This document shows, in pieces, positions 17,349 to 25,396 of a stretch of DNA of 26,699 bases (position 1 is its first letter; each line of letters starts with the position of its first letter). The stretch comes from Candidatus Bipolaricaulia bacterium (lineage in GTDB: Bacteria; Bipolaricaulota; Bipolaricaulia; JBHIAT01). The position numbers were made by a program, and so were the translations under genes. Below the pieces are notes generated by a model, which had not been told where the DNA came from, did no database searches, and was given only the letters and a program-made list of their open reading frames with translations. The stretch covers positions 1-26,699 of the forward strand of contig JBHIAT010000032.1 in the NCBI GenBank assembly GCA_046758705.1. Reading direction: 5' to 3'.

Positions 17349-17638
17349 AGATACCCTTTGGTCTTCCAATCTTCTATGGCCTGCTTATCGGATACGGGCA
17401 CCCGGACCCGCTTCTCCCAGAAGCCGCTGACCTTGATGAGCTCCACCGCCTCCACCGCCTTCCCATCGACGAAGGCGAGCGGGTGACCCTGCATGCAGGC
17501 TCCACCCTTCTCTTCATCCAGCTCAGCCATCGACCCGCAGAGCGGACAACGTACATCCACGATGACCGCGCCCTGTATGTCTCTCTTCTTGAGGTGGGTG
17601 ATCATCCACGCCCGTATCCGGTCCAGTCTCAAGGCCAT
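17345..17638 (-). CDS. Small hypothetical protein with a putative Zn-ribbon (CPLC..C-x3-H)
   Basis: 97 aa; overlaps both neighbours in the same orientation; CPLCG-x11-CMQGH. Confidence 0.65.
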   Translation of the reverse strand: MALRLDRIRAWMITHLKKRDIQGAVIVDVRCPLCGSMAELDEEKGGACMQGHPLAFVDGKAVEAVELIKVSGFWEKRVRVPVSDKQAIEDWKTKGYL

Positions 17639-17844
17639 CTTGGTCCACTCTCTTTCCTGCCGGCTCTTAAGAGCCGTCTGACAAGGCCTCTGAACCTATC
17701 CTTGTGTGAGCTGGATCTGACAACCATCCCGCCACATCTCGGACAGGAGAGGCTGTGTGAACCACTCCTGACGAATGCCTGATTATCCGAGCCCTCCCAC
17801 TCGCAACCGATGGAGGTACAGTGGACCTTTATGTCAGATCCCAT
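17629..17844 (-). CDS. Small hypothetical Zn-ribbon protein (C-x4-C..CPRC) with a basic tail
   Basis: 71 aa; CTSIGCEW..CPRCGG; overlaps the next gene by 10 nt. Confidence 0.6.
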   Translation of the reverse strand: MGSDIKVHCTSIGCEWEGSDNQAFVRSGSHSLSCPRCGGMVVRSSSHKDRFRGLVRRLLRAGRKESGPRWP

Positions 17845-18001
17845 CCTTTCACTTTAGGATCTATACCGAATAATTCCAACAGGGCAGGCCAGGTTAGGAT
17901 GGGATTAGGGGCAGGAATCACCCCGCCTCGATCCACTCGTCTCGTATCGTACGTAATCTATCCCTGCTATAAGCGTAAAGAAAACGCGGTTAATAATCAA
18001 A

Positions 18002-18033
18002 TTGCACAGGCGATCGCTTCTCATTACAATGAG
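18002..18033 (+). promoter_or_regulatory. Putative ilvD promoter with a palindrome over the -10 box
   Basis: TTGCAC-N17-TACAAT; CTCATT-AC-AATGAG at 18020-18033. Confidence 0.55.
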
Positions 18034-18079
18034 CGTAACTCAAGAGTCAAGCGCCCACCGAGACGAGGAGGAATCGACC

Positions 18080-19753
18080 ATGATTGAGAGGACCCCAAAG
18101 CACCGCAGCCGTACGATCACCGACGGGCTTGATCGCGCTCCCGCACGGGCGATGTTCAAGGCGGTCGGATTGACGGACGAGGATCTGGCCCGTCCGCTCG
18201 TCGGCGTCGCCAACACCTGGATCGAGGTGACGCCCTGCAACTATCACCTGCGTCGGCTGGCGGCCAAGGTGAAGGAAGGCATCCGGGCCGCCGGTGGCAC
18301 GCCCATCGAGTTTAATACGATCGCGATCTCCGATGGGATCACCATGGGGACTGAGGGTATGAAGACATCGCTCATCAGTCGGGAGATCATCGCCGACTCC
18401 ATCGAGCTCACCGCGCGCGGTCACATGTTCGATGCCGTCGTCGCCCTGTCCGGCTGTGACAAGACGATTCCCGGCACGACCATGGCCCTCGCTCGCCTCG
18501 ATGTCCCGTCACTCATGCTCTACGGGGGCTCGATTATGCCCGGTCGGTTTCAGGGTCGTGACGTCACCATCCAGGACGTCTTCGAGGCGGTCGGCGCGTA
18601 CGCATCCGGCAGGATGACCGACGAGGAGCTTCGCCAGCTGGAAGGACAAGCCTGTCCCGGCCCCGGTGCCTGCGGCGGCCAGTTCACCGCCAACACAATG
18701 GCGACCGCCATGGAGATCCTCGGCATCTCCCCGATGGGAAGCGGAAGCGTCCCAGCGATGGACCCCCGTAAAGATGAGGTCGCGTTCCAGGTCGGTCAGT
18801 TGGTGATGAAGTTGTTGCGTCAAGATCTGCGCCCGAGTGCGATCATCACGCGCGGCGCTCTCGAGAACGCCATCGCCGCGGTCGTTACCACCGGCGGTTC
18901 CACAAACGGGGTCCTTCATCTACTGGCCCTCGCCCGCGAGGTGGACGTCCCCCTGGCGATCGACGACTTCGATCGGATCAGCGCGCACACGCCACTCCTC
19001 GCTGACCTGAAACCCGGCGGTCGGTTCGTGGCCACCGATCTGTACCAAGCCGGCGGCATCGCTCTCATCGCCAAACGGCTCCTTGACGCTGGATGTCTCC
19101 ATGGGGACGAGATGACGGTCACCGGACGCACGATTGGTGAAGAGGCACAGGACGCTGCCGAGACGTCAGGCCAGGAGGTCGTGCGGCCACTCTCAGATCC
19201 GATCAAGCCGACCGGTGGACTGGTGATCCTGAAGGGTAATCTGGCTCCAGACGGGTGTGTCTTGAAGGTGGCCGGTCACGAACGGATGACGCATCGGGGT
19301 CCGGCGCGCGTCTTCGATTGTGAGGAGGACGCATTCGTCGCCATCCAGGACCAGGAGATCACGCCGGGGGATGTGGTCGTCATCCGGTATGAGGGGCCCA
19401 AGGGCGGGCCCGGGATGCGCGAGATGCTCGCCGTCACCGGGGCCCTCGTCGGCGCGGGGCTCGGAGATTCGGTGGCGTTGCTGACCGACGGTCGCTTCTC
19501 AGGTGCGACCCACGGTCTCATGGCCGGTCACGTCGCCCCGGAGGCGGCTTATGGAGGACCGATCGCCGCCCTGCGCGACGGCGACACGATCGTCTTCGAC
19601 GTGGCCGCCCGCCGACTCGATGTCGAGCTGTCCGATGAGGAAATCCGTGAGCGACTCAGTAACTGGTCACCGCCACAACCGCGCTATCATAGGGGTGTGA
19701 TGGCGAAATACGCCCGTCTCGTCTCCTCGGCGGCCGAGGGCGCGATCACCTAA
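18080..19753 (+). CDS. ilvD: Dihydroxy-acid dehydratase
   Basis: [60 protein letters not shown] and GHVAPEA; SD GAGGAGG before ATG 18080. Confidence 0.97.
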   Translation: MIERTPKHRSRTITDGLDRAPARAMFKAVGLTDEDLARPLVGVANTWIEVTPCNYHLRRLAAKVKEGIRAAGGTPIEFNTIAISDGITMGTEGMKTSLISREIIADSIELTARGHMFDAVVALSGCDKTIPGTTMALARLDVPSLMLYGGSIMPGRFQGRDVTIQDVFEAVGAYASGRMTDEELRQLEGQACPGPGACGGQFTANTMATAMEILGISPMGSGSVPAMDPRKDEVAFQVGQLVMKLLRQDLRPSAIITRGALENAIAAVVTTGGSTNGVLHLLALAREVDVPLAIDDFDRISAHTPLLADLKPGGRFVATDLYQAGGIALIAKRLLDAGCLHGDEMTVTGRTIGEEAQDAAETSGQEVVRPLSDPIKPTGGLVILKGNLAPDGCVLKVAGHERMTHRGPARVFDCEEDAFVAIQDQEITPGDVVVIRYEGPKGGPGMREMLAVTGALVGAGLGDSVALLTDGRFSGATHGLMAGHVAPEAAYGGPIAALRDGDTIVFDVAARRLDVELSDEEIRERLSNWSPPQPRYHRGVMAKYARLVSSAAEGAIT

Positions 19754-19835
19754 AGGTTCGACCCGACCGCGTCAAGATGAGCCATTTTCCGACGACAGAA
19801 AAGTTGAGAAAAATTCAGGCGCTGCCCGGATCGCT

Positions 19836-21263
19836 ATGGCGCGTCTTCGGCCCACTAAAAGTCGTTACCCGCTTGTTGTCATCTGTCTCGCGTTCATCTC
19901 TGGCATCCTGCTCGCCGACCGGTTTTCTTTTAATCCGACCGCCCTCACCATCGCAACAGTCGTGCTGTTCATATCGGCCATCTTTCTCCATCTTTTCAGG
20001 TTCAGAGTAGAGATTCTTTTTGTTCTGCTGACCGTCGTCGCATTGGGGGTCGTGCGTCATGCGGTCTCCCAACTATCGTTCGAGACACTTTATGCCAGAT
20101 TGGAAAATCTGCGTACCATCACCGGAACCGTGATCGATTACCCGGCTCACGGTGGGGGACGGAGTCGCTTCATCCTTAAGCCTGAGGGAGAGCCGGGCGC
20201 CGTTCAGATCTTCTACGATCACGGACCCCAGGATTATCTCAGTGTGGGCTACGGGGATCGTTTGCGTCTCTCCGGGACATCCGAGGTCCCGTGGACGTCG
20301 GATGCGTTCGACTACCGGGCATACCTGCGCCATCGGGGGATCTGGGGGATCGTGCGGGTCAGGGAGATGGATGAAATAGAGCGGTTGGGTACGGGAGGGC
20401 ATCCGGTGTTGCGCTGGGGGTACCAAACCCGGGAGACGCTCTTCGGAGTCATCGATCGCTACGTCTCCAATCCCGAGGCCGGGTTGCTCAAGGCGATCCT
20501 GTTTGGCGAACGGGCGTACCTCGACCGGGAGATCGAAACCAGCTTCCAGCGTACCGGCCTGGCACACATCCTGGCCGTCTCCGGGCTGCACCTCGGGATC
20601 ATCATCGGGATCCTATGGTGGGGGCTCAAACGGTTGCGCTGGTCGGAGGCCCGGATTTACCTCATCCTGCTTCCCATCGTGTTGATCTATCTGATCATCG
20701 TGGGTTTTCGGGTGAGCCTGGTGCGCGCGACGGTCCTGTTCGGATTCATGGGGCTCGGCTGGGTGCTGGCCGAGCTTGGCCTGATCCTGAAGCGGTGGCG
20801 GAATCTGTATCAGGCGCTGGCCGCGGCTGCCCTGATCCTGCTGATGGTGAACCCAGGAGCACTCTTCGACGTCGGCTTCCAGCTGAGCTTCGCCGCCACT
20901 CTGGCCATCATCGCCTGTACACCGACCTTCGAGGCGATATTGCAACGGCTGGGGGTTCAGTTTTTCAGATCCCTACTTGCCGTCTCGATCGCCGCACAGC
21001 TCGGCGTCGCCCCGATCATCGCCTACCACTTCCATCAGGTTTATCTGGTCATCATCCTGGCGAACCTGATCGTCATCCCGTTGACCGCGGTCGCACTGTT
21101 CGGAGGAATTGGAGTGTTGGTCTTCGGTAGCCTGGGGGTTCCAGGGATCGCCCCCGCGATCGGGCTGTTGGAAAGTTGGGCGTTGAAGGCACTGGCCGGG
21201 GCGGCCGGGTTATTCGCCGGGTTGCCGTTCGCGTATTTTGATTTGACTTGTTTATGTATCTAA
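19836..21263 (+). CDS. comEC: ComEC/Rec2 competence protein (DUF4131/OB plus competence domain, no C-terminal metallo-beta-lactamase domain)
   Basis: FDYRAYL, TGLAHILAVSGLH, SLVRA, NP-x2-LFDVGFQLSF and LANL; the ORF ends right after the TM domain. Confidence 0.88.
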   Translation: MARLRPTKSRYPLVVICLAFISGILLADRFSFNPTALTIATVVLFISAIFLHLFRFRVEILFVLLTVVALGVVRHAVSQLSFETLYARLENLRTITGTVIDYPAHGGGRSRFILKPEGEPGAVQIFYDHGPQDYLSVGYGDRLRLSGTSEVPWTSDAFDYRAYLRHRGIWGIVRVREMDEIERLGTGGHPVLRWGYQTRETLFGVIDRYVSNPEAGLLKAILFGERAYLDREIETSFQRTGLAHILAVSGLHLGIIIGILWWGLKRLRWSEARIYLILLPIVLIYLIIVGFRVSLVRATVLFGFMGLGWVLAELGLILKRWRNLYQALAAAALILLMVNPGALFDVGFQLSFAATLAIIACTPTFEAILQRLGVQFFRSLLAVSIAAQLGVAPIIAYHFHQVYLVIILANLIVIPLTAVALFGGIGVLVFGSLGVPGIAPAIGLLESWALKALAGAAGLFAGLPFAYFDLTCLCI

Positions 21264-21271
21264 TCTATAAT
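21243..21271 (+). promoter_or_regulatory. Near-consensus sigma70 promoter overlapping the comEC stop
   Basis: TTGACT-N17-TATAAT, ending 13 nt before ATG 21285. Confidence 0.7.
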
Positions 21272-21284
21272 CACTGAAAATCAC

Positions 21285-22496
21285 ATGGCTGAGACGGAAA
21301 CCAGAGCGCGGACGCAGAGAGATGGGCGAGGTCTTGGAATTCGACTCCCATTCAGGATTTTCGGCATCCCCATCGAGCTTCACTTCACGTTTCTCATCTT
21401 CATCCCGGTCCTCGCCTGGATCATCAGCCGGCAGTTGGACTTTTATGCCAGCCTGTTCATCCTCGATCTCGACATCAATGCGCTTGAGACAGGCGTGCCG
21501 TCGCCGTTCGTCCTCGGGTTGATCGCCGCGATTGGCCTGTTCGTCGGGGTGTTCCTTCACGAGCTCGGCCACTCCTGGGTGGCGATCCGTTATGGGATCC
21601 AGATCCGAAAAATTACGCTCATGATCCTCGGCGGATTGGCCTATATGGAACGGATGCCCAGGGAACCGAGGCAGGAGGCATGGGTAGCGATCGCCGGGCC
21701 GATCGTGAGTTTTGCGCTTGGAGGAATTGGAATTGCAGTTCTGTTAGCCATTCCTGACGCGTCCCCCCAAGCTCAGTTCATCGTCGGATACCTCGGCTAC
21801 ACCAACCTGTTCCTCGGCCTGTTCAATCTGATCCCGGCGATCCCGATGGACGGCGGCCGGGTGCTGCGCGCGTTCCTGGCCCGTTCTCGACCCTACGCCG
21901 ACGCGACCCGGACCGCCGTGGCCGTCAGTCGGTCCCTGGCGATCTTGATGGGACTGTTCGGATTGTTGCAGTTTAACCTGTTCCTGATGTTCATCGCGTT
22001 CTTCATCTATGCTGCCTCCGGCCAGGAGATGCAGCAGTCCGAACTGAGCCAGTTGCTCAAAGATGTCCGGGTCAAGGACCTCATGGTCAGGCAAGTCGAC
22101 ACCGTTCCTTCAGATATGCCTGTTTCAGAGCTGTTTCAGCTCATGCTGGAAAAACGACATATCGGCTACCCGGTCGTCGATCGCGAGGATCGCTTGGTGG
22201 GCATCATTACCCTCCGCGACCTCCAGCAGGTGGACGGTGCTGGGACGAATCGTCTCGTCGAGGAGATCATGACGCCGGCCTCGGAGATCGTCACCATCGG
22301 CGAGGAGGAGTGTACCATCGATGCGTTGGAGAAGCTCACCCGGAATAATCTCGGGCGATTGGTGGTCATCAACAGCATCGACGAGATGGTCGGTATCCTC
22401 AGCCGGACTGATCTGGTCCGGGCGTTGCAGATCTTGAGGCTTCGGGGCACGCTGTTCCAGGCCTTAGGTGAAAAACCGGGGTATGGATCGGGATAA
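21285..22496 (+). CDS. Site-2 protease (M50) with a C-terminal CBS pair
   Basis: HELGH, IAGPIVS and FNLIPAIPMDGGR; tandem CBS domains (VKDLMVR..GYPVVD..GIIT; VEEIMT..GILSRTD). Confidence 0.93.
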   Translation: MAETETRARTQRDGRGLGIRLPFRIFGIPIELHFTFLIFIPVLAWIISRQLDFYASLFILDLDINALETGVPSPFVLGLIAAIGLFVGVFLHELGHSWVAIRYGIQIRKITLMILGGLAYMERMPREPRQEAWVAIAGPIVSFALGGIGIAVLLAIPDASPQAQFIVGYLGYTNLFLGLFNLIPAIPMDGGRVLRAFLARSRPYADATRTAVAVSRSLAILMGLFGLLQFNLFLMFIAFFIYAASGQEMQQSELSQLLKDVRVKDLMVRQVDTVPSDMPVSELFQLMLEKRHIGYPVVDREDRLVGIITLRDLQQVDGAGTNRLVEEIMTPASEIVTIGEEECTIDALEKLTRNNLGRLVVINSIDEMVGILSRTDLVRALQILRLRGTLFQALGEKPGYGSG

Positions 22497-22528
22497 GGCG
22501 TTCCACAGAAGCCTATCAAGGGGGTAGG

Positions 22529-22714
22529 ATGGCCGTCGAGGATCTTGCCGAAGGGATAGCCGCCAGTGACACACTGATCGCCGTCTGGTACGACGATGAG
22601 GCGGGCGAGGTCTTGGTGCAGTATGGGTATGTCAGCATCAGCCTGCCGCCCGAGGACTTTTCCGACCTGATCGAACTGCTGCTCAAGGCGGAGGAACGGC
22701 TGGAGCGGTTATAA
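22529..22714 (+). CDS. Small acidic hypothetical protein
   Basis: 61 aa; SD GGGGTAGG; fills the gap up to the convergent gene; protein-like composition. Confidence 0.6.
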   Translation: MAVEDLAEGIAASDTLIAVWYDDEAGEVLVQYGYVSISLPPEDFSDLIELLLKAEERLERL

Positions 22715-22722
22715 GTTCGGTT

Positions 22723-23763
22723 TCAGTTCGTCGATGATCCCGATCCGCCACCCTCCGATCGGGAGATCTCGATCCCAAACTGATCCAGTAGAAACTCCAC
22801 AATCAACAGTTGCTTGGCTACCCGCGCTTCAAGCGTCTCCCTGAGATCGGTCTCGACGGTGAACGCCAGCGCCGGCTCGGGAAGCTCATAATGAGCGGCC
22901 CAGGTGACGTCGGTCGGGATCGGGGTCTCGTCGATGGTGACCAAACTCAGATCTGCATCGATCAGCTGCCGATTCAACGTATCGAGGATGCCGTCGAGGG
23001 CCTCCCGTGAATCGGGGTCGTCGACGCTGATCATCGACGGGTAGTGATAGGCTGACTCATGCAGATCGATCAAAAGGTCGATCTGAAGATAGCGTCTCTG
23101 TCCGTCGGGAAAGATTCCCAACATCAGCCGAAAGATGTTCTCCCCAGCCTGTCGGATGTTTGGGTCGAGCGCTCGGCGGTAGCCTTCCGGGTCGAGCAGC
23201 TCCGCGACGGTATCAGCGTAGCGCACCGACCTGGAAAACAGACCCGCCTCATAGAGCGCCTGATCGCCGGTCATCCACCACCAGATCCCGCGCTCGCCGA
23301 CGAACTGGTCGAGGATGAACCGATCTCTTCCGGCGATCGGACGCCGCGCCGGAAATGCCCGGCCCAGGTTGTAATAGTGATTGGGGAACGGCCCATGAGA
23401 GGATCGGGTGCCTTGTTGGTAAGCGACCGGGTTTTGAATCGGCAGGATCACCAGCACACCGCGATCGACTTGGTACGCTTCGACCAGTTGTTGCAATGCG
23501 TGAACGCTGGCGGGCTCATCCCCGTGCATCCCCGCCAGCACCAGCGCCACCTTCCCCTCCCGGTCACCCCACTTAACCACCACCTCGGTGGCGTATCCCT
23601 CGATCTCCTCGGAGAGGAGCATCCGCTCCTCCATCCTGCGCACGGTAGAGGAAGGGGAAGGGGAAACCATCAGCCCCACCAGCACGATCAGGAATAGGAA
23701 CAGAAGCCGGACCAGGGTTCCCATCCATCGATTTCTATGCCAGGTTGCAGTTGACCGTGTCAC
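22723..23763 (-). CDS. Exported/membrane-anchored M14-like zinc peptidase (succinylglutamate desuccinylase/aspartoacylase superfamily)
   Basis: N-terminal TM, AGMHGDE, LPIQNP, NLGRAFP, IDLHES and FTVET. Confidence 0.78.
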   Translation of the reverse strand: MTRSTATWHRNRWMGTLVRLLFLFLIVLVGLMVSPSPSSTVRRMEERMLLSEEIEGYATEVVVKWGDREGKVALVLAGMHGDEPASVHALQQLVEAYQVDRGVLVILPIQNPVAYQQGTRSSHGPFPNHYYNLGRAFPARRPIAGRDRFILDQFVGERGIWWWMTGDQALYEAGLFSRSVRYADTVAELLDPEGYRRALDPNIRQAGENIFRLMLGIFPDGQRRYLQIDLLIDLHESAYHYPSMISVDDPDSREALDGILDTLNRQLIDADLSLVTIDETPIPTDVTWAAHYELPEPALAFTVETDLRETLEARVAKQLLIVEFLLDQFGIEISRSEGGGSGSSTN

Positions 23764-23776
23764 TTTGCCTCATTAA

Positions 23777-23859
23777 ATCATACCACAGAGCCCGATTGGA
23801 CTCAACTGTCCTTCGACTCTATCCGCACCTTGACGGGGATCCGATCGACACGCTATATT
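23777..23859. promoter_or_regulatory. Back-to-back divergent promoters
   Basis: Minus strand TTGAGT-N17-TATGAT with TG (23777-23805); plus strand TTGACG-N18-TATATT (23830-23859). Confidence 0.55.
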
Positions 23860-23881
23860 TAAGATAACAAAGCGAGGCAAA

Positions 23882-24883
23882 ATGCAAAATCCCTTGACCC
23901 TGTCGTTACGATCACTTCCTGTATTACTCTGTCTCTGTATCCTATGGACGCTATCTATCCATTCTCTCGCCTTCGGTGCTGAAGCCGGTGACCTGGTGAC
24001 CCTGTGGATGTTTCGCCCCGATGGTGCCCGATTCGCCTTCGCCGAGGAGAAGGCCAGCCCACTGATTCGTGGGTTCATTCCACCCTCCGCCAGCGTCCTG
24101 TCCCTCAAGCTGATCAATCCGGAGGGGAAGGTCCGAAATCTGACGGATATCATGCATCTCACCTCACTGGGGTACATCTACGGGAACGTCCCGGTAGAGG
24201 CGTTCGACGAACAGGGCCGCTACACGCTGAGGTTGCGGGTCGAGATCGGAGACGAGCTGGTGGAACGGTCCGCCGACTTCTTCATCCTGGATGGCGAGCT
24301 ACCCGAGGCAAAGGTCATCCAGGTCCAATATCTCTGGCCTTACCTCTACCGGGTCCGGAACGGGGATACCGTCTACAAGATCGCCACCATGTTCGTCACC
24401 GATGAGCGCTCGATAGAGGTCATCAACCACATCGATCGGGATGTGATCGAAGTGGGTCAAGTTCTCCAGCTGGGGCGATTGATCTATGATCCCCAAGGGT
24501 ACCGGATCGTGATCGACAAGCAGGGGAAGCAACTGCACATCTATCTGGACGGCGTCCGTCTGAAAAGCTATCCGGTGACGATCGGAGCCACCGGTTATAA
24601 CAGTCCAACGGTCACCTTCTGGATCGTTCAAAAACAGGAGAACCCCACGCTCTACTGGGAGGGCTCGGTCATCCCTTCTCCCAACGCTCTGGGACCCCGG
24701 TGGCTACAGTTCTTCAACCATCAATACGGGACACAGTTCGACCTCCACGGGACCAACAAACCGTGGAGCATCGGCCGACAGTTCTCTCACGGCTCCATCC
24801 GGATGTTCAACGACGATGTGGTGGAACTCTATCGGATCGTTCCGATCGGCACGATCGTAGAGATCGCCAATGACCTTTTCTGA
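23882..24883 (+). CDS. LysM plus YkuD L,D-transpeptidase-family protein with the catalytic Cys replaced by Ser
   Basis: Signal peptide, beta-rich N-terminal domain, LysM (YRVRNGDTVYKIA), YkuD motifs KSYPVTIG, NALGPRW and HGTNKPWSIG..SHGSIRM (canonical SHGCIRM). Confidence 0.88.
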   Translation: MQNPLTLSLRSLPVLLCLCILWTLSIHSLAFGAEAGDLVTLWMFRPDGARFAFAEEKASPLIRGFIPPSASVLSLKLINPEGKVRNLTDIMHLTSLGYIYGNVPVEAFDEQGRYTLRLRVEIGDELVERSADFFILDGELPEAKVIQVQYLWPYLYRVRNGDTVYKIATMFVTDERSIEVINHIDRDVIEVGQVLQLGRLIYDPQGYRIVIDKQGKQLHIYLDGVRLKSYPVTIGATGYNSPTVTFWIVQKQENPTLYWEGSVIPSPNALGPRWLQFFNHQYGTQFDLHGTNKPWSIGRQFSHGSIRMFNDDVVELYRIVPIGTIVEIANDLF

Positions 24884-24895
24884 GCGCAAATGGGT

Positions 24896-24924
24896 TTGGA
24901 AAATCTCGGTGCTCATGGTAAAAT
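24896..24924 (+). promoter_or_regulatory. Putative promoter of fxsA / Rad52-like / yqgF
   Basis: TTGGAA-N17-TAAAAT with a TG extended -10. Confidence 0.5.
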
Positions 24925-24971
24925 GAATCAAATCAATCTATCAGGGCAAGCACGAGTACGAGGGGGGTATT

Positions 24972-25391
24972 ATGCTTTTTAGGCTTTTTCTTCTCTTCAT
25001 CATCGTACCGATCGTCGAATTGGTCGTCTTATTACAGTTGGGACGATACATCGGTGTCTGGCCGACGCTGACGCTAGTGATCCTCACCGGAATTCTTGGG
25101 GCGATGCTGACCCGGATAGCGGGGTTATCGGTACTGGTACGGCTCAGGGATCGGCTGAGCGCCGACGAGATGCCGACGGAGGAGCTATTCGATGGGGCGA
25201 TCATTCTCGTCTCCGGGGCGCTGTTGATCACCCCCGGGTTGCTCACCGACCTGGTGGGTTTTGCCGGCCTCATTCCGACCAGCCGGAGCTGGATCAAGCG
25301 GTTGCTGAGACGCCGGGTGAAGCGGGTGCTGGAGCGGCGGGCCAAGATCACCGTCGACTTTGAACCCAAGGACAATGGGAATTGGAGGTGA
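24972..25391 (+). CDS. fxsA: FxsA family membrane protein
   Basis: FIIVPIVEL, IGVWPTL..ILTGILG and GALLITPGLLTDLVG; SD GAGGGGG. Confidence 0.92.
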   Translation: MLFRLFLLFIIVPIVELVVLLQLGRYIGVWPTLTLVILTGILGAMLTRIAGLSVLVRLRDRLSADEMPTEELFDGAIILVSGALLITPGLLTDLVGFAGLIPTSRSWIKRLLRRRVKRVLERRAKITVDFEPKDNGNWR

Positions 25392-25396
25392 GATGA

